NCBI GenBank assembly: GCA_028534125.1
Contig: CM052832.1
Location: 16,308,001 to 16,372,000, forward strand
Length of the DNA: 64,000 nt
Direction: 5' to 3'
Source of the DNA: Lama glama
Taxonomy: Eukaryota
Shown: positions 27,451 through 54,400 of the stretch, piece after piece
How positions within the stretch are numbered: position 1 is the first letter of the stretch
Layout: each line of letters begins with the position of its first letter
Translations under genes and position numbers: made by a program
Notes under the pieces: model-generated
The model's input: only the letters and a program-made list of their open reading frames with translations
The model's database searches: none
What the model was told of the DNA's origin: nothing

Positions 27451-28089
27451 GTGAGCCAAGAGGGCTCTGATTGAAATGAGCTGGGAAAAGGCAAGACTAG
27501 TAGGTCCTTGTTTGAGACAGTGCTGGAAAGTTACCTAGTTTGTTTAAGTCTAAGGTATGGGGGCGTTGGCCAACCAGGGAAGGTGGGGGGGAGGTCCTTT
27601 GAGGTGGCTGGGATTGGTCAGAGCTGCCGGAAAGAGGGAGGAGCCGGGCTGTTTTTGTCTCCAGATGACAGGAGTTTAATTTGTGAAAAGGTTAGAGAAA
27701 GAGACTGCCTTGAAGAGCAGCACCTCGCCTGAGAAAACCGTGAGGGCTTGATTGGGTTCCGAGCAGCCATCTTCAGAGTGGCCAGGATTTACTCCCACTA
27801 ATCCCTAAAGAGAGTAAAAGGAGACTAGGAGGTTAGCTAAACCCACGTGTGGAGATTGATGTCTCCTGGGGAGATCAGAACTGCAAATAATCTGAGCTCA
27901 GCAGGAGACAGGTACAATCTCAGAATAAAATTTGTCACAAAGAGGCAGTTGAGTGAGGCCCTGTGAGAAACTGAAAACAGCGGATGCCGTTGGTCTCCCA
28001 CTCCCAGCTGGCCAGGAGTACTTTTGCCTACCTTGTCCAAAAAGCACTGTGCCACAAAAAAAAAATTGTACACAGAAACGATATTTGAA

Positions 28090-28577
28090 CACAGAGTATG
28101 TGGCAGAGTTATTCACAATAGCCGTAAGGTGGAAGCAGCTCAAGTGCTACAGAGGGAATAAACGAATAAACAAAAAGTGCTACGTAACATACAATGAAAA
28201 TTACTCAGCTTTGAAAGGGAAGGAAATTCTGACACATGGTGTAACATAGAGGAACTTGAAGTATTATGCTAAGTGAAATAAGCTGGTCACAAAAAGAAAG
28301 AATTAGTGTATAATTCTACTGATATGAGTGAGGTACCTAGAGTAGTCAAATGATGAGAGCCAAAAAGAATAGTGGTTGCCAAGGGCTGAGGGAAGAGGGG
28401 AAGGAGGAGTTGTTTAATGGGTCTAGAATTTCAGTTTTGCAAGATAAAAGATTCTGGAGATTGGTTGGACAACAGTGTGAGTGAACTTACTACTGAACTG
28501 TGTGCCAAAAAATGATTAAGATGGTAAATTTCATGTAATGTGTATTTCACCACAATTAAAAATAAATAAAATTAAAA
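28090..28577 (+). mobile_element. L1MB-like 3' end in the HSPA1L intron
   Basis: TTATTCACAATAGCC...GGAAATTCTGACACATG...ATTATGCTAAGTGAAATAAGC...AAGATGGTAAATTTCATG...CCACAATTAAAAA. Confidence 0.8.
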
Positions 28578-28629
28578 AGTTCTCAGCCAAAAGTTTATCT
28601 TATTCTCTCTCCACAGGCCTAGGAAAACC

Positions 28630-30555
<1,926 letters not shown>

Positions 30556-31779
30556 TCTTATCTGGAGCTGGAGGGTTCTAGGGTGCCTCTAAGATGAATT
30601 TTGTTTCCCTCATCTTCAAACATGATTATGATTCTTGAATTGACCTGAACCTAAATTACCATCCTTTTTGGATCATGATGGAGGAGTTTCATATACCACC
30701 TTTTCACACTCCAACATCCTGTTTCTGACTCTGAAATGAGACTGTTAGGAAAACTAGGCCCCTCTCTGAACCATTTGCAGAATTTGAATGTCTGTTATTT
30801 ATTTCTGGCCTCTCCAACTTTCTTCTTCCTGTGTAGATGGTTATTTGTCCCTCAGTAAATTTGTTCCTAAAGCAAATTGCTTCTGATATCTTTAGATTGT
30901 GTGTATCTTGAAAACTCGGGAAAAGGAGAGTTTGTAGAGAGAGCATGTGTGGTCTGCTTGTGAGCTAATTGTGAATGATTAAGCGGGTAAGGGCAAAGTA
31001 TTTGAATTTTCATGGGCTAATTGTTTGAAGCAGGAAAACAACTTTGGATCATAAGGCACCTTTAACCCCAGTTAGAGGAGTTCCTAATTAGTTACTGCTA
31101 ATATTTAGTGATAGACTGATCTAGGTGCTTAGGGTTCCACCTGGGGTTGGGGGCACAAACTTCTGCTAGATGTGCTGACGTCACTTAGGGGGGGGTCTAG
31201 GAGATCCAGCACTCACAGAGTCCATTATTATATCCTTTAAATGCTGGAAATGTTTTTATAGCAAACTCCTAACAAACGGGTAGTTTTATGCAAGATGAAA
31301 AATGGAGGATTTAGTATGATCTTATTGAAAAACATTTCACCTGCTGTGTCATAATATCGCATACTTACAAAGCCTTGGGGACATGAGTATAGAAGTATGT
31401 GTAACTGCATTTGTGAACCTTTGAGAAGGCAATATTTGGATTTCAAATACTAGAATCGGTATTTCTATCCCCTGGCCAATCTGTTTAGTTTTACTCAGTC
31501 CTTTATAGGACAGCCCTAGGCAAAAGCGTAAAAGAAATATGGACTGAGGTTGGGTCCTCGGGAGGAATACAGTTATTGGGAACCTTTGATAAACTCAAGA
31601 TTTGTACGCAGGCTCCTGATCTCGACGACTCAATATTTTTTTAACTTTTATTAAGTGTAACAAACATAGAAAAGTGTGCAAATCATTATGGTTTTTCACA
31701 AACTACCCAACAGTTTGCAATAGGAAATGTCTTTAGGGTGTGAGCAAATCATGCCGGGACTTCATTGTCATGGAGAGGA

Positions 31780-32200
31780 ACAAAAACCTCTGAGAGGCGG
31801 TGAGCGGGCCTCTCCGACACCCGGGCAGCAGCTGAGGCCAGCGCCTGCGCGATGGGAGCCCGCCGCTCCGGGAGGAAGTCGAAAGGCAGGAAGCCCCGCC
31901 CCTTTCCCGGCTTTAGCGTCCCTTCTGCTCTACACCACCGGCTCTCCGCGAGTCTGCCGCGCGCTCTTCTCCATCCCTCGGAGCTCTCCGCGGCGCGTCC
32001 CGCTGCGCCTGCGCGACCCCGCCCCGTCCCACGCGCGGGCTCGCGCTCGAGTTCCCGCCCGGCCTCCGGCCCGCGGCACCCGGCCCTCGCCTTCCCGGTC
32101 CCGCAGGCAGCCCGCGGCGCAAGCACCATGGTGGGTACCGTGACGTCACAAGGGGGCGCCCTCGGGGAGCGGTGGCCGTTGGGACGGTTCGGGGCTGTGT
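31780..32200 (+). promoter_or_regulatory. LSM2: LSM2 CpG island promoter
   Basis: CpG-dense region with GGAAGT ETS-like and GC boxes, and CRE TGACGTCA at 32141-32148. Confidence 0.75.
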
Positions 32201-35200
32201 GGGGGAACCCTCTGGGGGCTTTGTTCCTCTGAGCTGGCTTTGGGCCCTAGGATTTTTCCCTCCATCCATAGCCTGCGCCTCCAGTTCTTTGAGGAGAGAC
32301 CCGCCAGCAAATGGGACTTATTTTTCCCTTATGAGGGGGAAAATAAATAAAACCCGAGAGAGTAGGCAGGGAGAGCAGGAGGAGGAAAAGCTAGACTTTA
32401 AGGAGCATTTCCCTGACGGAGACTGGGCTTCGGGAGGGTGCGGGTGGAATACTTCGTACAGTTCACTGGGAGGCGTGGGCAGGACCCCAGGAGAGGTGGT
32501 CTGTTGAGAGAACAGCCCTAGGCGTGCAGGGCAGAGCCTCTCTCTGGGGCTTTATGTCATGGACTCTAGGAAGTGTGCATAATCATCTGGGCTCCAGCCA
32601 TTCATCCAAGTATTCTTTATGAAGTTATGGGAACTGCCAGAGATTGGCGGGGATCCCAATACCAGTAGTTGGTAATGCTGGCAGGGGGACCCGCCTCTTT
32701 CCATGTCCCTTCTCATATGATGATTTTTCACCCCCTCTCCCCCAATAGCTCTTCTATTCCTTTTTCAAGTCCCTTGTGGGCAAGGATGTGGTCGTGGAAC
32801 TCAAGAATGACCTGAGGTAGGTACCTGTTCCAACAAGTCTGTAGGGGGTGGACGTACCTAGCATCCTGGAACTTCTTTATGTTGACAAGTATTTGAGGGC
32901 TAGGCAAGGTAGGGGAGAGACAAAAGAAATGACTTTTGCCTTAAGCTCTCAGATTAGCTAGGAAATTGTATCTTCTATTGGAAAACAATACAAAGAAATA
33001 TGTAAGGAGTAAGTACTAAAGAGAAGTCAAGGCAGAGGCATCAGTAACATTTTTTACAAAACAGTTTTGTTTTTCTGATTAAATTATATGCTCCTTTGAC
33101 CCAACTTTTAGAAACGTAAGTATTGGTTCCACAGGTAAAGACGTTTGTACAAGGATGTTGATGGTTTTGTTTGTAATAGCCAAAAATTGGAAACAAATAG
33201 CCATCACTAGGGAATAGGTTAGATTGTGATATAGCTGTATAATACAGCTGTCACATGGAAATAAGATGTATTAATATGGAAAGCTTTTGCAAAATAGTAT
33301 ATGTGGCATAGTCTCCTTTTTGTTGGAGAAAATATAAAAGATAAACAGAAGACCAATGTGGTCCATTCTGTGTGTGCTGCTTTTCCATCCCCTACCTCCT
33401 TGTATCATTAGCTTTTAATCATCTTTCAGGACTTGTATTAAATGCTGTATCCTTGGACCTCAAATTGTGATTTATGGAAATATGTTTACTGTTTAGAGCT
33501 TGTCCTTCCTAAAGGGCCAGGACCATATTTAAGCTCACCATTGTATACTTAACATCTAGCACAGGCCTGGTATATAGTAGATGCTTAATAAATGTGCTGA
33601 AGGAAAGAAAACTAGCTCATATTTGAGAACCTCCTATAGACTAAGCACTACTCTGAATACTTTACATTTATTAACTCATTTAATTCTCACAACACCTCTA
33701 CCTGACATATATGGTTGCTTTACACATGAGGATACTGAAGCTTGACTAGGTTAAACTTGGTTAAGTCTAGACAACTAGTAAAAGACAAAGCCAGAACTTA
33801 AATCCCATTCTGTCCCCCCTTTTTCTTTGTTTGTTTTTAATTAAAAATAGGGCATATTCTCTAAGCAGTTGGAAAACTTGCTTTCACCTAACAGTATGTT
33901 GTGGATATTTTCCATGTTAATATAGTTCACCCTTAACATTATTAATGTCTGACTGGCATTTTTGTTAGCTGGCTAGAACTCATTTAACCAAGACCTTGCT
34001 GTTGGATATATAGGCTGTTTCCAAGTCTTTGCTTTTTACAACTGATGCTGCCCTGAACATCCTGAACATCATCATGCATACATCTTTGTATACATCTTAT
34101 TTCTTTGGAAAAAATCCTTTAAACAAATGTACATTCAAAATATTGATGCATATTACCTGATTGTCCTTTAGAAAGTTTGAATCAATGTATTCTCTTCCCA
34201 ACAGTTTCTTCTACATTTTTCTGTGAGAATTTTTTAGTAGGGGAAGGGGGAGGGGAGATTTTAGATCAGAGATTTTGATTTGTGGCACTGGCAGTGCATC
34301 TTGTGTTGATGGCATATATATTGGATCCATATACAGTGATAAGTGTGGAAGCCACGACCATCCTTGGCAGTTCTGTGAGGTGACTTGTGTTTGATTTTCC
34401 TCTTTTCTCCTTCCTGGGCCCTCCACATGGCAAGAGTAACTGCTATGTTATAGCCCAGACCCTAAAGCAAGGACTTGTAAGATATGAAGATACTCCGTTG
34501 GGTTGGGAGAAGAGCTCTTTCTCTCATGCTTGTTGTCAGATCACTTTTGTGCCAGGTAGCTCATTCCTAAGGGACTGAATGAAATGACACCACCTTATGC
34601 AGTTCCTTATGCAGACGTTGGTTGGCCCTGTCAAAGGCATTTTTCAGCAGCCAGCAATTTGGTGAAACCACCACTGAGGCAGTTGGTCTCAGACACTGGA
34701 TTTCAAACAATAAGAATTTTACAAAAATTAGGGCTCAAAAGAGAATTGATATCTTTAATTTTGGCAAGATAAGGACATTTTAAACTGCCATTTATTAAAA
34801 TCATTTCATTAATTTTTTTTAATACAAAAAATAGGAAGGGCAATTAAAGAGCAGAGAGCAGTTATTCTTAGGGGAAAACTATTGACAACCTTTCGGACCT
34901 TACATACACACTATGCTAGCCTGTGTTTTCTCTTTTGTCATGGACTCATGAAACTAGCACATATCAGTGTTGAAAATCAGAGTTCTAAGGAACTTAGAAT
35001 CTGGTGATGATATGCAGGGTGGTTAGGATGAGGGCAGCCAGGTTGGAGACTAGCCTGGTTTGCAGTATAAAATCATACTAGAAAGAGAAGTGCAAAAATG
35101 TTAAAAAGACATCAGCAAAATGAAGGGGATTCATGGGACATGGAGGTGGAGAAGTACAACTTATAGGATTTGGGGTTGTGAAACTTGGTGTTGAAGCCAT

Positions 35201-36246
35201 TGACAGAAATGAAGAAATTAAGAGAGGGGTAGCATGGTTTGGAGCACTGGTGTTTGGCTAGCATTCCTTATTAATGTTTCAGGAGGCTTGAGGAAGGGAG
35301 AGGGTATCTCTCATGCCTGCATCATCAAGAACATAGCTAGCAATTGATCTACTTTACATATGGGACTCTGGTTCCAAAGCAATAAATACTTGAAAATACC
35401 TGATGGTTCTGAGAGAAAGGCTTAGAGTCCCTGTTTATTTGTTCTAAACTTGTGCAAATTATACAAACTTCCTGAGCCTGTGGATGGTTAATAGCTACCT
35501 TATGAAGTGGCTGTAAAGATTACAAACACTATGCAGAATACAGGTCTAGCACATAACCATTGTTTAATGGTAGCTACTAAGAGTGAGTTGGTTTAGGGAG
35601 AGGAGCTGTGAGGTCTAAACACACTGCTCTGGAAGCACTTTCTTTTCCACTCCAGAGCTCAGGCATGACCCCTTTGGGTTCTACCATTTCTCGTTTCCTC
35701 ATATCCTGTACTTACCCCAACCATGTTCTTACCTCTGCTCTGAAGTCATCTCTACATTGACTTTGGTATAAACTAACTTGGTTTTTCCCTCTCTGCCCCT
35801 GACAGCATCTGTGGAACCCTCCATTCTGTGGATCAGGTGAGCTATAGCAAGGGCCCTGAATCTGGTCTTGGGGAAGGAGAGGAGAGGGCTTAAAAAGGCA
35901 GGGTACTTGCATCTTGTCTCTAATACTAATGATGTTCATCTTCTTTTCTTAGTATCTCAACATCAAACTGACTGACATCAGTGTCACTGACCCTGAGAAA
36001 TACCCTCACATGGTGAGTTGTGGGTGGTACAGAAGAGGAAACACCTCTAAAAGCAGGAGGCCCTTGGGTGGATAGAGGGTATTTTTCAGGATGTTTTCAC
36101 ATTTGTCTATCTCTGTCTAGTTATCAGTGAAGAACTGCTTCATCAGGGGCTCAGTGGTTCGCTATGTGCAGTTGCCAGCAGATGAGGTGGACACACAGTT
36201 GCTACAGGATGCAGCAAGGAAGGAGGCCCTGCAGCAGAAACAGTGA
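32128..36246 (+). CDS. LSM2: U6 snRNA-associated Sm-like protein LSm2, 95 aa
   Basis: Exons: 32128-32130 (ATG only), 32749-32816, 35806-35836, 35953-36012, 36121-36246; total 288 nt. Protein MLFYSFFKSLVGKDVVVELKNDLSICGTLHSVDQYLNIKL...RGSVVRYVQLPADEVDTQLLQDAARKEALQQKQ. PolyA AATAAA at 36589-36594. Confidence 0.97.
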
Positions 36247-37149
36247 TGATTCCTTCTCCCTCCCTCTTCTTCCATTGATGACCCTTAACCTCATGTCCCA
36301 GCTCAGGATACCTCCCTCGCCTTACTTGAGGTGTTGGTTTTGTTTTTGTTTTTCATAGTGAAGGCTTTTTTTTTTAAAGGATAAGTGGATGAGAGGAATA
36401 ATAGTGGGCAGCTGCTGTCCTCTGTTAAGAAGGGGAGGAAAAGTAGGCTGGGGAACTTCGAAGCTTTCCCAGTCCCCATCTCTTGCCTTTTTCGCTTCTC
36501 CTCTGGTGATGGTGGGAGAATCTCCCAGATCTCTCCAGGGTAGCACGTGATTCATTTTGGGGATGGAAGGAATCTGTCCCGCATCGGGAATAAAATTTAT
36601 GATGCAAAATCGTGTTCTGGTTGCGTGTGTGTTTTGGGAAGGTGGCTGGAAGGTGGGAAAGGGGTGTTAAATCCATCCAAGCCCTGTTACACTCATTACC
36701 CCAGCCAAGAATCCAGCTTATCCTGGCATTACCTGCTACTGCTTTCCTTGGTATAAACCATAAAATACCCGAACTGCACTACAGCATGTTTCCTGAACAT
36801 GCCCCTACCTGCAGGACCTACCTACCAGTCTTTCGCTTACACTGTATCTTGGAGTGCTTGCTGTCCTATTAACATGAAAGCCAATGAGATACCAAAATGC
36901 ATTTGATGCTGCTAGATTTATTCCTCAACCCAGCCAAATCGCAGATAAGTACAAACAAGTGACAAACACAATTTTTACTGTGGGGAGTTGGAATGAGGGA
37001 TTTAACACTCCATTCAGCAAACGAGTTCTCGCTACAGATTATAGTTCTCAGCACGGAGAACCATCCAGTGCGACTCCCCTTTCTCACTGAAGAAGAAATG
37101 AGCCCCAGGGAGGAGGTGAACGCCAGGTGCCTTGGCCAAATGGACCCCA

Positions 37150-37720
37150 ATCCTTGCGTGTCGGTAACCGGCAGCATCCTCCCAGCCGCTTCTCCGGCTG
37201 CCCGCTGGGCGCCGCCCTCCCGCCCGGCCCGACCGAGGACCCAGGCGGGGTGCCCGCGGCGGCGCCTGACGGGAGTGAGGTTCCCCGGCGGTGCTCCCCC
37301 GACCCCCTCCCCGCGCCGGCGCCCCGCGTCGTTCCTCGCGAGTGCGGCCTGCGGCGGGCGGCGTGGTCTCCGGGCCAGGGTCGGGCAGGGCAGGCTCCGC
37401 ACACGCAGGCGGGGTACGGCCGCCCGCGCCAGGACCCGCGGGTCCGGAAACGCTCGCGGTCACAAAGGGGGGAACACGTGGGCGCCGACGGCTCGGGCCG
37501 CTGTCGCAGGGAGCTAGGGTCGCCCGGAGAACCGCCTGCCGTCCCTGCCCGCCCTACTCCTCGGCCTCGGCCGCCAGGCCAGTCCAGCTTCGGCCGGCGC
37601 CCGGCTATGAGGTGGATGTTCGGCTCAGTGTGACTACTTCCCTTCCAGTACGTACCAGCAGCCCGAACCCGCGTCCTACCGGACGCCGAGGGGCTCCGAC
37701 TAGCTTCTCACTCCCCAAGG
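37150..37720 (+). promoter_or_regulatory. VARS1: VARS1 CpG island promoter
   Basis: Very GC/CpG-rich; CTCGCGAG palindrome at 37335-37342 and CACGTG at 37475-37480. Accounts for several spurious Arg/Pro/Gly-rich ORFs. Confidence 0.75.
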
Positions 37721-37847
37721 ACCCGCGATCATGGGAAGTCCCCCACTGTCATTGCCACTCCAAGACCTGGGCCCTCAGCTCTTGAGACCCGATCAGACCC
37801 TTAGTCCTGGGGGCTTCGAGCGCCTGAGGAAGAGGAGCTGCCGATAG

Positions 37848-50624
<12,777 letters not shown>

Positions 50625-51480
50625 TATACCCAGCTCCAACCCTCACAACCCCCAGTAGTCCACCATGGGGATGGCAGCAATAAAATATTTTGCCACGAAA
50701 CCATCTCTTGATTGTGTGTGTGGTGGGGCTGGGGAGGCAGTGCTGAGGGGCTGGATTCCTGAATCCTCAGGGGTGCCAGTGTGAACAATAGGATAGCAGC
50801 AGGCATGGGTAGGGCACTGGGTCCTGGTGGGGAGAGATGCATCTGTCTGGGTCTGGCCCTGGACCTGAGCCAGGCCTGAGTCATGCTGCTTGCCACTCGC
50901 TGCTCACTCCCTCCTCCAGGCTCTTCGCCAGCCACTCACCTCCGCATTGCGGACAGTCAAGGGAGGCCCTCCCTGGTGCTGGCTGCTGCTGGTGGCCTTA
51001 GGCAGGCGAGAGAAGAGGGGCCAGGTGCTGCCCGTCCTGCCCCCACCGTGCTGGGGCCTCCCTCCGCCTCCACTGAGTCAGCCTAGGTTAATTATAACTC
51101 TGACCTAAGTGCCCTGTGACGCCACGCCCCGGCGGCCCTGCCCAGAGACCCAGCAACCAGGTAGGGGAGAGGCCTAGAGAGGAGACTTTCTGTGTGTGTG
51201 TGTGTGGGGGGTCAGCCTGCGGGTGGGGAGGGGCCGCCTGGGGGAGGAGCCTCAGGCCCCTCCTCTGCAGGTGTAAGTCCCTGTTGGCCTGATAGGCCCT
51301 CAGGTTGTCTGGATGAGTGAAGGGAGAGGGCGGGGAAGCCAGCTGGAGCAGATAAGGTACTTGAGGCAAAGCGGAAAAAGGGAACAAAGCAGGTGCCCAT
51401 GGAGACAAACAATGCCAGGCTTGCCCTGGAATTGCTGCTGCCTTCTCCTCCCTTCTGTCCCCCAGGTCCATGTCTCAGCT

Positions 51481-54400
51481 ATGCTCCCTGTGGACGTGCC
51501 CCTATCCCACCTGGGCCCCTCAGTGCTGCTGCTGCTGCAGCTACTGCTCCCCCCGGCATCTGCCTTCTTCCCCAACATTTGGAGTCTCCTGGCTGCCCCC
51601 GGCTCCATCACCCACCAGGACCTGACTGAAGAGGCAGCTCTCAACGTCACCCTGCAGCTCTTCCTGGAGCAGCCGCCACCAGGTCGGCCCCCCCTTCTTC
51701 TTGAGGACTTCCTGGTGAGCCTCCCTGGGTCCCGTCAAATCCCAGCCGGATTCCCCCATTCCCAGGGACCTCTACTCCTTAAGGGCCCTGCCTGCTGAGA
51801 GAAGGGACCTCCCTCTCCCCTCTCCCTGCATCCCCTCCTCTCCTCCCAGTAGCAACAATACCCAGGAGTCCTGGGCTTAAAACCCAGGAGTCCCACTTCC
51901 TCTAGGGCCCAGCACCCTCAAATCCTTCCATACCCAGCCTGAGTGCCAGTGCTGAGGAAACGTGGGCAGTGGTCCTATTCAAGGGGCTTCCCTGGAACCC
52001 CTATCCCCTACCACTCTCCCAGGGCCGCACCCTCCTGGCCGATGACCTCTTTGCTGCCTACTTTGGACCTGGGTCTCCCTCTCGGCGGTTCCGAGCAGCG
52101 TTAGGTGAGGTGTCTCGAGCCAATGCCGCCCAGGACTTCCTGCCAACTTCCAGGAATGACCCTGACCTGCATTTTGATGACGAGCGGCTAGGCCAGGGAC
52201 GCACACGCCTGGTGGGGGCTCTACGGGAGACGCTGGTGGCAGCCAGGGCCCTTGACCACACCCTGGCCCGCCAGCGCCTTGGGGCTGCGCTTCATGCCTT
52301 GCAGGTGAGAACAGGGCTGGGGTAATGGTCAGAGGGGTCTTTGCTTCCAGTCTTCCCTACTCCCCAATGGTGCCCTCTTAGTCAAGCCTACCCTACTCAA
52401 GAAGGGCCTGGGTGCTGCTTGCCAATGTCCTGGAGCGATTCCCTAGTCCCCACCTCCAAACTGGCAGCACATCCCCTGGCAACAGCCAGGAGCCATTGCA
52501 GATGGGGACAAGTGAGTGAGAGGACAGTGCTCAGGTTGAGGTGGGCCATGCAGGCCACTGAAAGGCCTTTGGTTGGACGCAGTGAGATAGGAAGAAACAC
52601 TGGGAGACTCCCACGTCAGTGAAGCTCTATCCTGGGCAAGGGAGAGAGCAGGGGAGGGGACTTGGGGCGTCTGAAGGAGTGGTAGGGTAGAAGGCTTTCA
52701 GGGTGGGCAACTGGAAGGAGTGGGGAGTTAGGGCTGGAGATGGTGTGACCAGACTAGCACTTTGTTCCCCTTCTCTTCCTTTCCCTTGGGACCAGGATTT
52801 CTACAGTCACAGCAACTGGGTGGAAATGGGGAGGCAGCAGCCACATCCTCAACTCCTCTGGCCAAGGCAGGAGCTCCAGAGCCTGGCACAAGGTGCGGCC
52901 ATGACCCCGGGAGTGAGGGGGGAGCCCACGGAGTCACCTCCTCTCAGCCCATCCAGCCACTGTGTCATATCCTAAGGTCACATAGGCTGTGACATCACTT
53001 CATTTCTGGAACCACCTGTGAGGTCCCTCAGTTCAACCAAAGGCCACTTCCCCAAGGTCACACGGGGAAGGACAGAGCCAGCACCAGGTCTACGCCTCAG
53101 GGAGTTCTCTGTCATCCATGTGGCTTCCTCCCCTCACTGGATCACATGGGGCTTTCTCACTGTCCCTTCATCCTTCCAACTGATCTATGACCTGGAAGGT
53201 ACCTCCTGCCTATTACAAGTTCACTTCACAAGCTCACAGAGGGCACGCTCCCTTTAGGATTGGTCCCCACACTTCTGGGTTTTCTAGCCCAGTCCCAGTC
53301 TCAAATGTTGAGTCTCATTGCTGGCCCATGAATTCCAGGTTTTAGTTCAGAAAGCCTAGAAGGGTAGCTTTGAGGGGTACCTATGGGCTTCCACCTTGTT
53401 CCAGTTGGGAGGAAGAGTTGAAGAAGTTTGGGTGGACAGGGATAAAGGTCAGGGGCAACAGAATCCTGAGTACCAGACCCCTGCCCTCTCTTCCCAGTGG
53501 ACGATCCTACCTGCTCCGACTGTGAGGAGTTGAGCTGCCCTGGGAATTTGCTGGGCTTCACGCTCCTCACCTCTGGCTACTTTGGAACTCATCCTTCCAA
53601 ACCTCCAGGTACCAGACTGGAAAGCCTCCAGAAGGAGAGAAAGTCACTTCCTAGGGATCTCAGTTCTGTAGGCCCTTCCTTGTCCTGTTTCCTGTGGCAT
53701 CACTTCCTGAAAGGAGAGGAGGTTGGGAAGGAGGTGGGCGGATGAAGGCCCATTGACGTGGCCATGATTGTTGGGGTTGGGGAGCAGCTTCTTACTCAGT
53801 TGATAAAACTTCTCCATTGCCTGAAGGCAGCTTTTGGGGACTGATTGGAGGGACTAGGGGATTCACCTTGTGCTGTGATGATTGCCTATTCCAGATTAAC
53901 TCCAGATTTGCCCTCTACAAAATTTTCTGCTGATCCTTTGCTGAGAAATGAGAGGATCAGGCCAGGTCAGGAAGGGTCTCATTTTCTTAGGAGGCAATGG
54001 GCTTTTTACCTCCACCCTCCAGATTCCTTTCCCCAACCCAGGGAAATGTAGCCACGGGGGCCATTTTGACCAGAGCAGCTCCCAGCCACCACGAGGAGGC
54101 ATCAACAAGGATAGCACATCCCCAGGCTTCTCCCCCCACCACATGCTGCACCTCCAGGCTGCAAAACTGGCCCTCCTGGCCTCCATCCAGGCCTTCAGCC
54201 TCCTGCGAAGCCGCCTGGGAGACAGGGGTTTCTCCAGGTGAGTGGCCTCCTGGAGATGGACTCCTTAATAGGTAGGTGCTCCAGAGCTAAGAAACGAGGG
54301 GCTGGGGACAAATGTGCAGACCCTTCACTGTATCTCTGGCCTGCTTCCCAGGCTGCTGGACATCACCCCAGCCTCTAGCCTGAGCTTTGTCCTGGATACC

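Noticed and set aside
36869..37785. Multiple overlapping Arg/Pro/Gly-rich ORFs (also 31727-32507)
   Set aside because: Expected stop-codon scarcity in CpG-island promoters; no protein-family signal.
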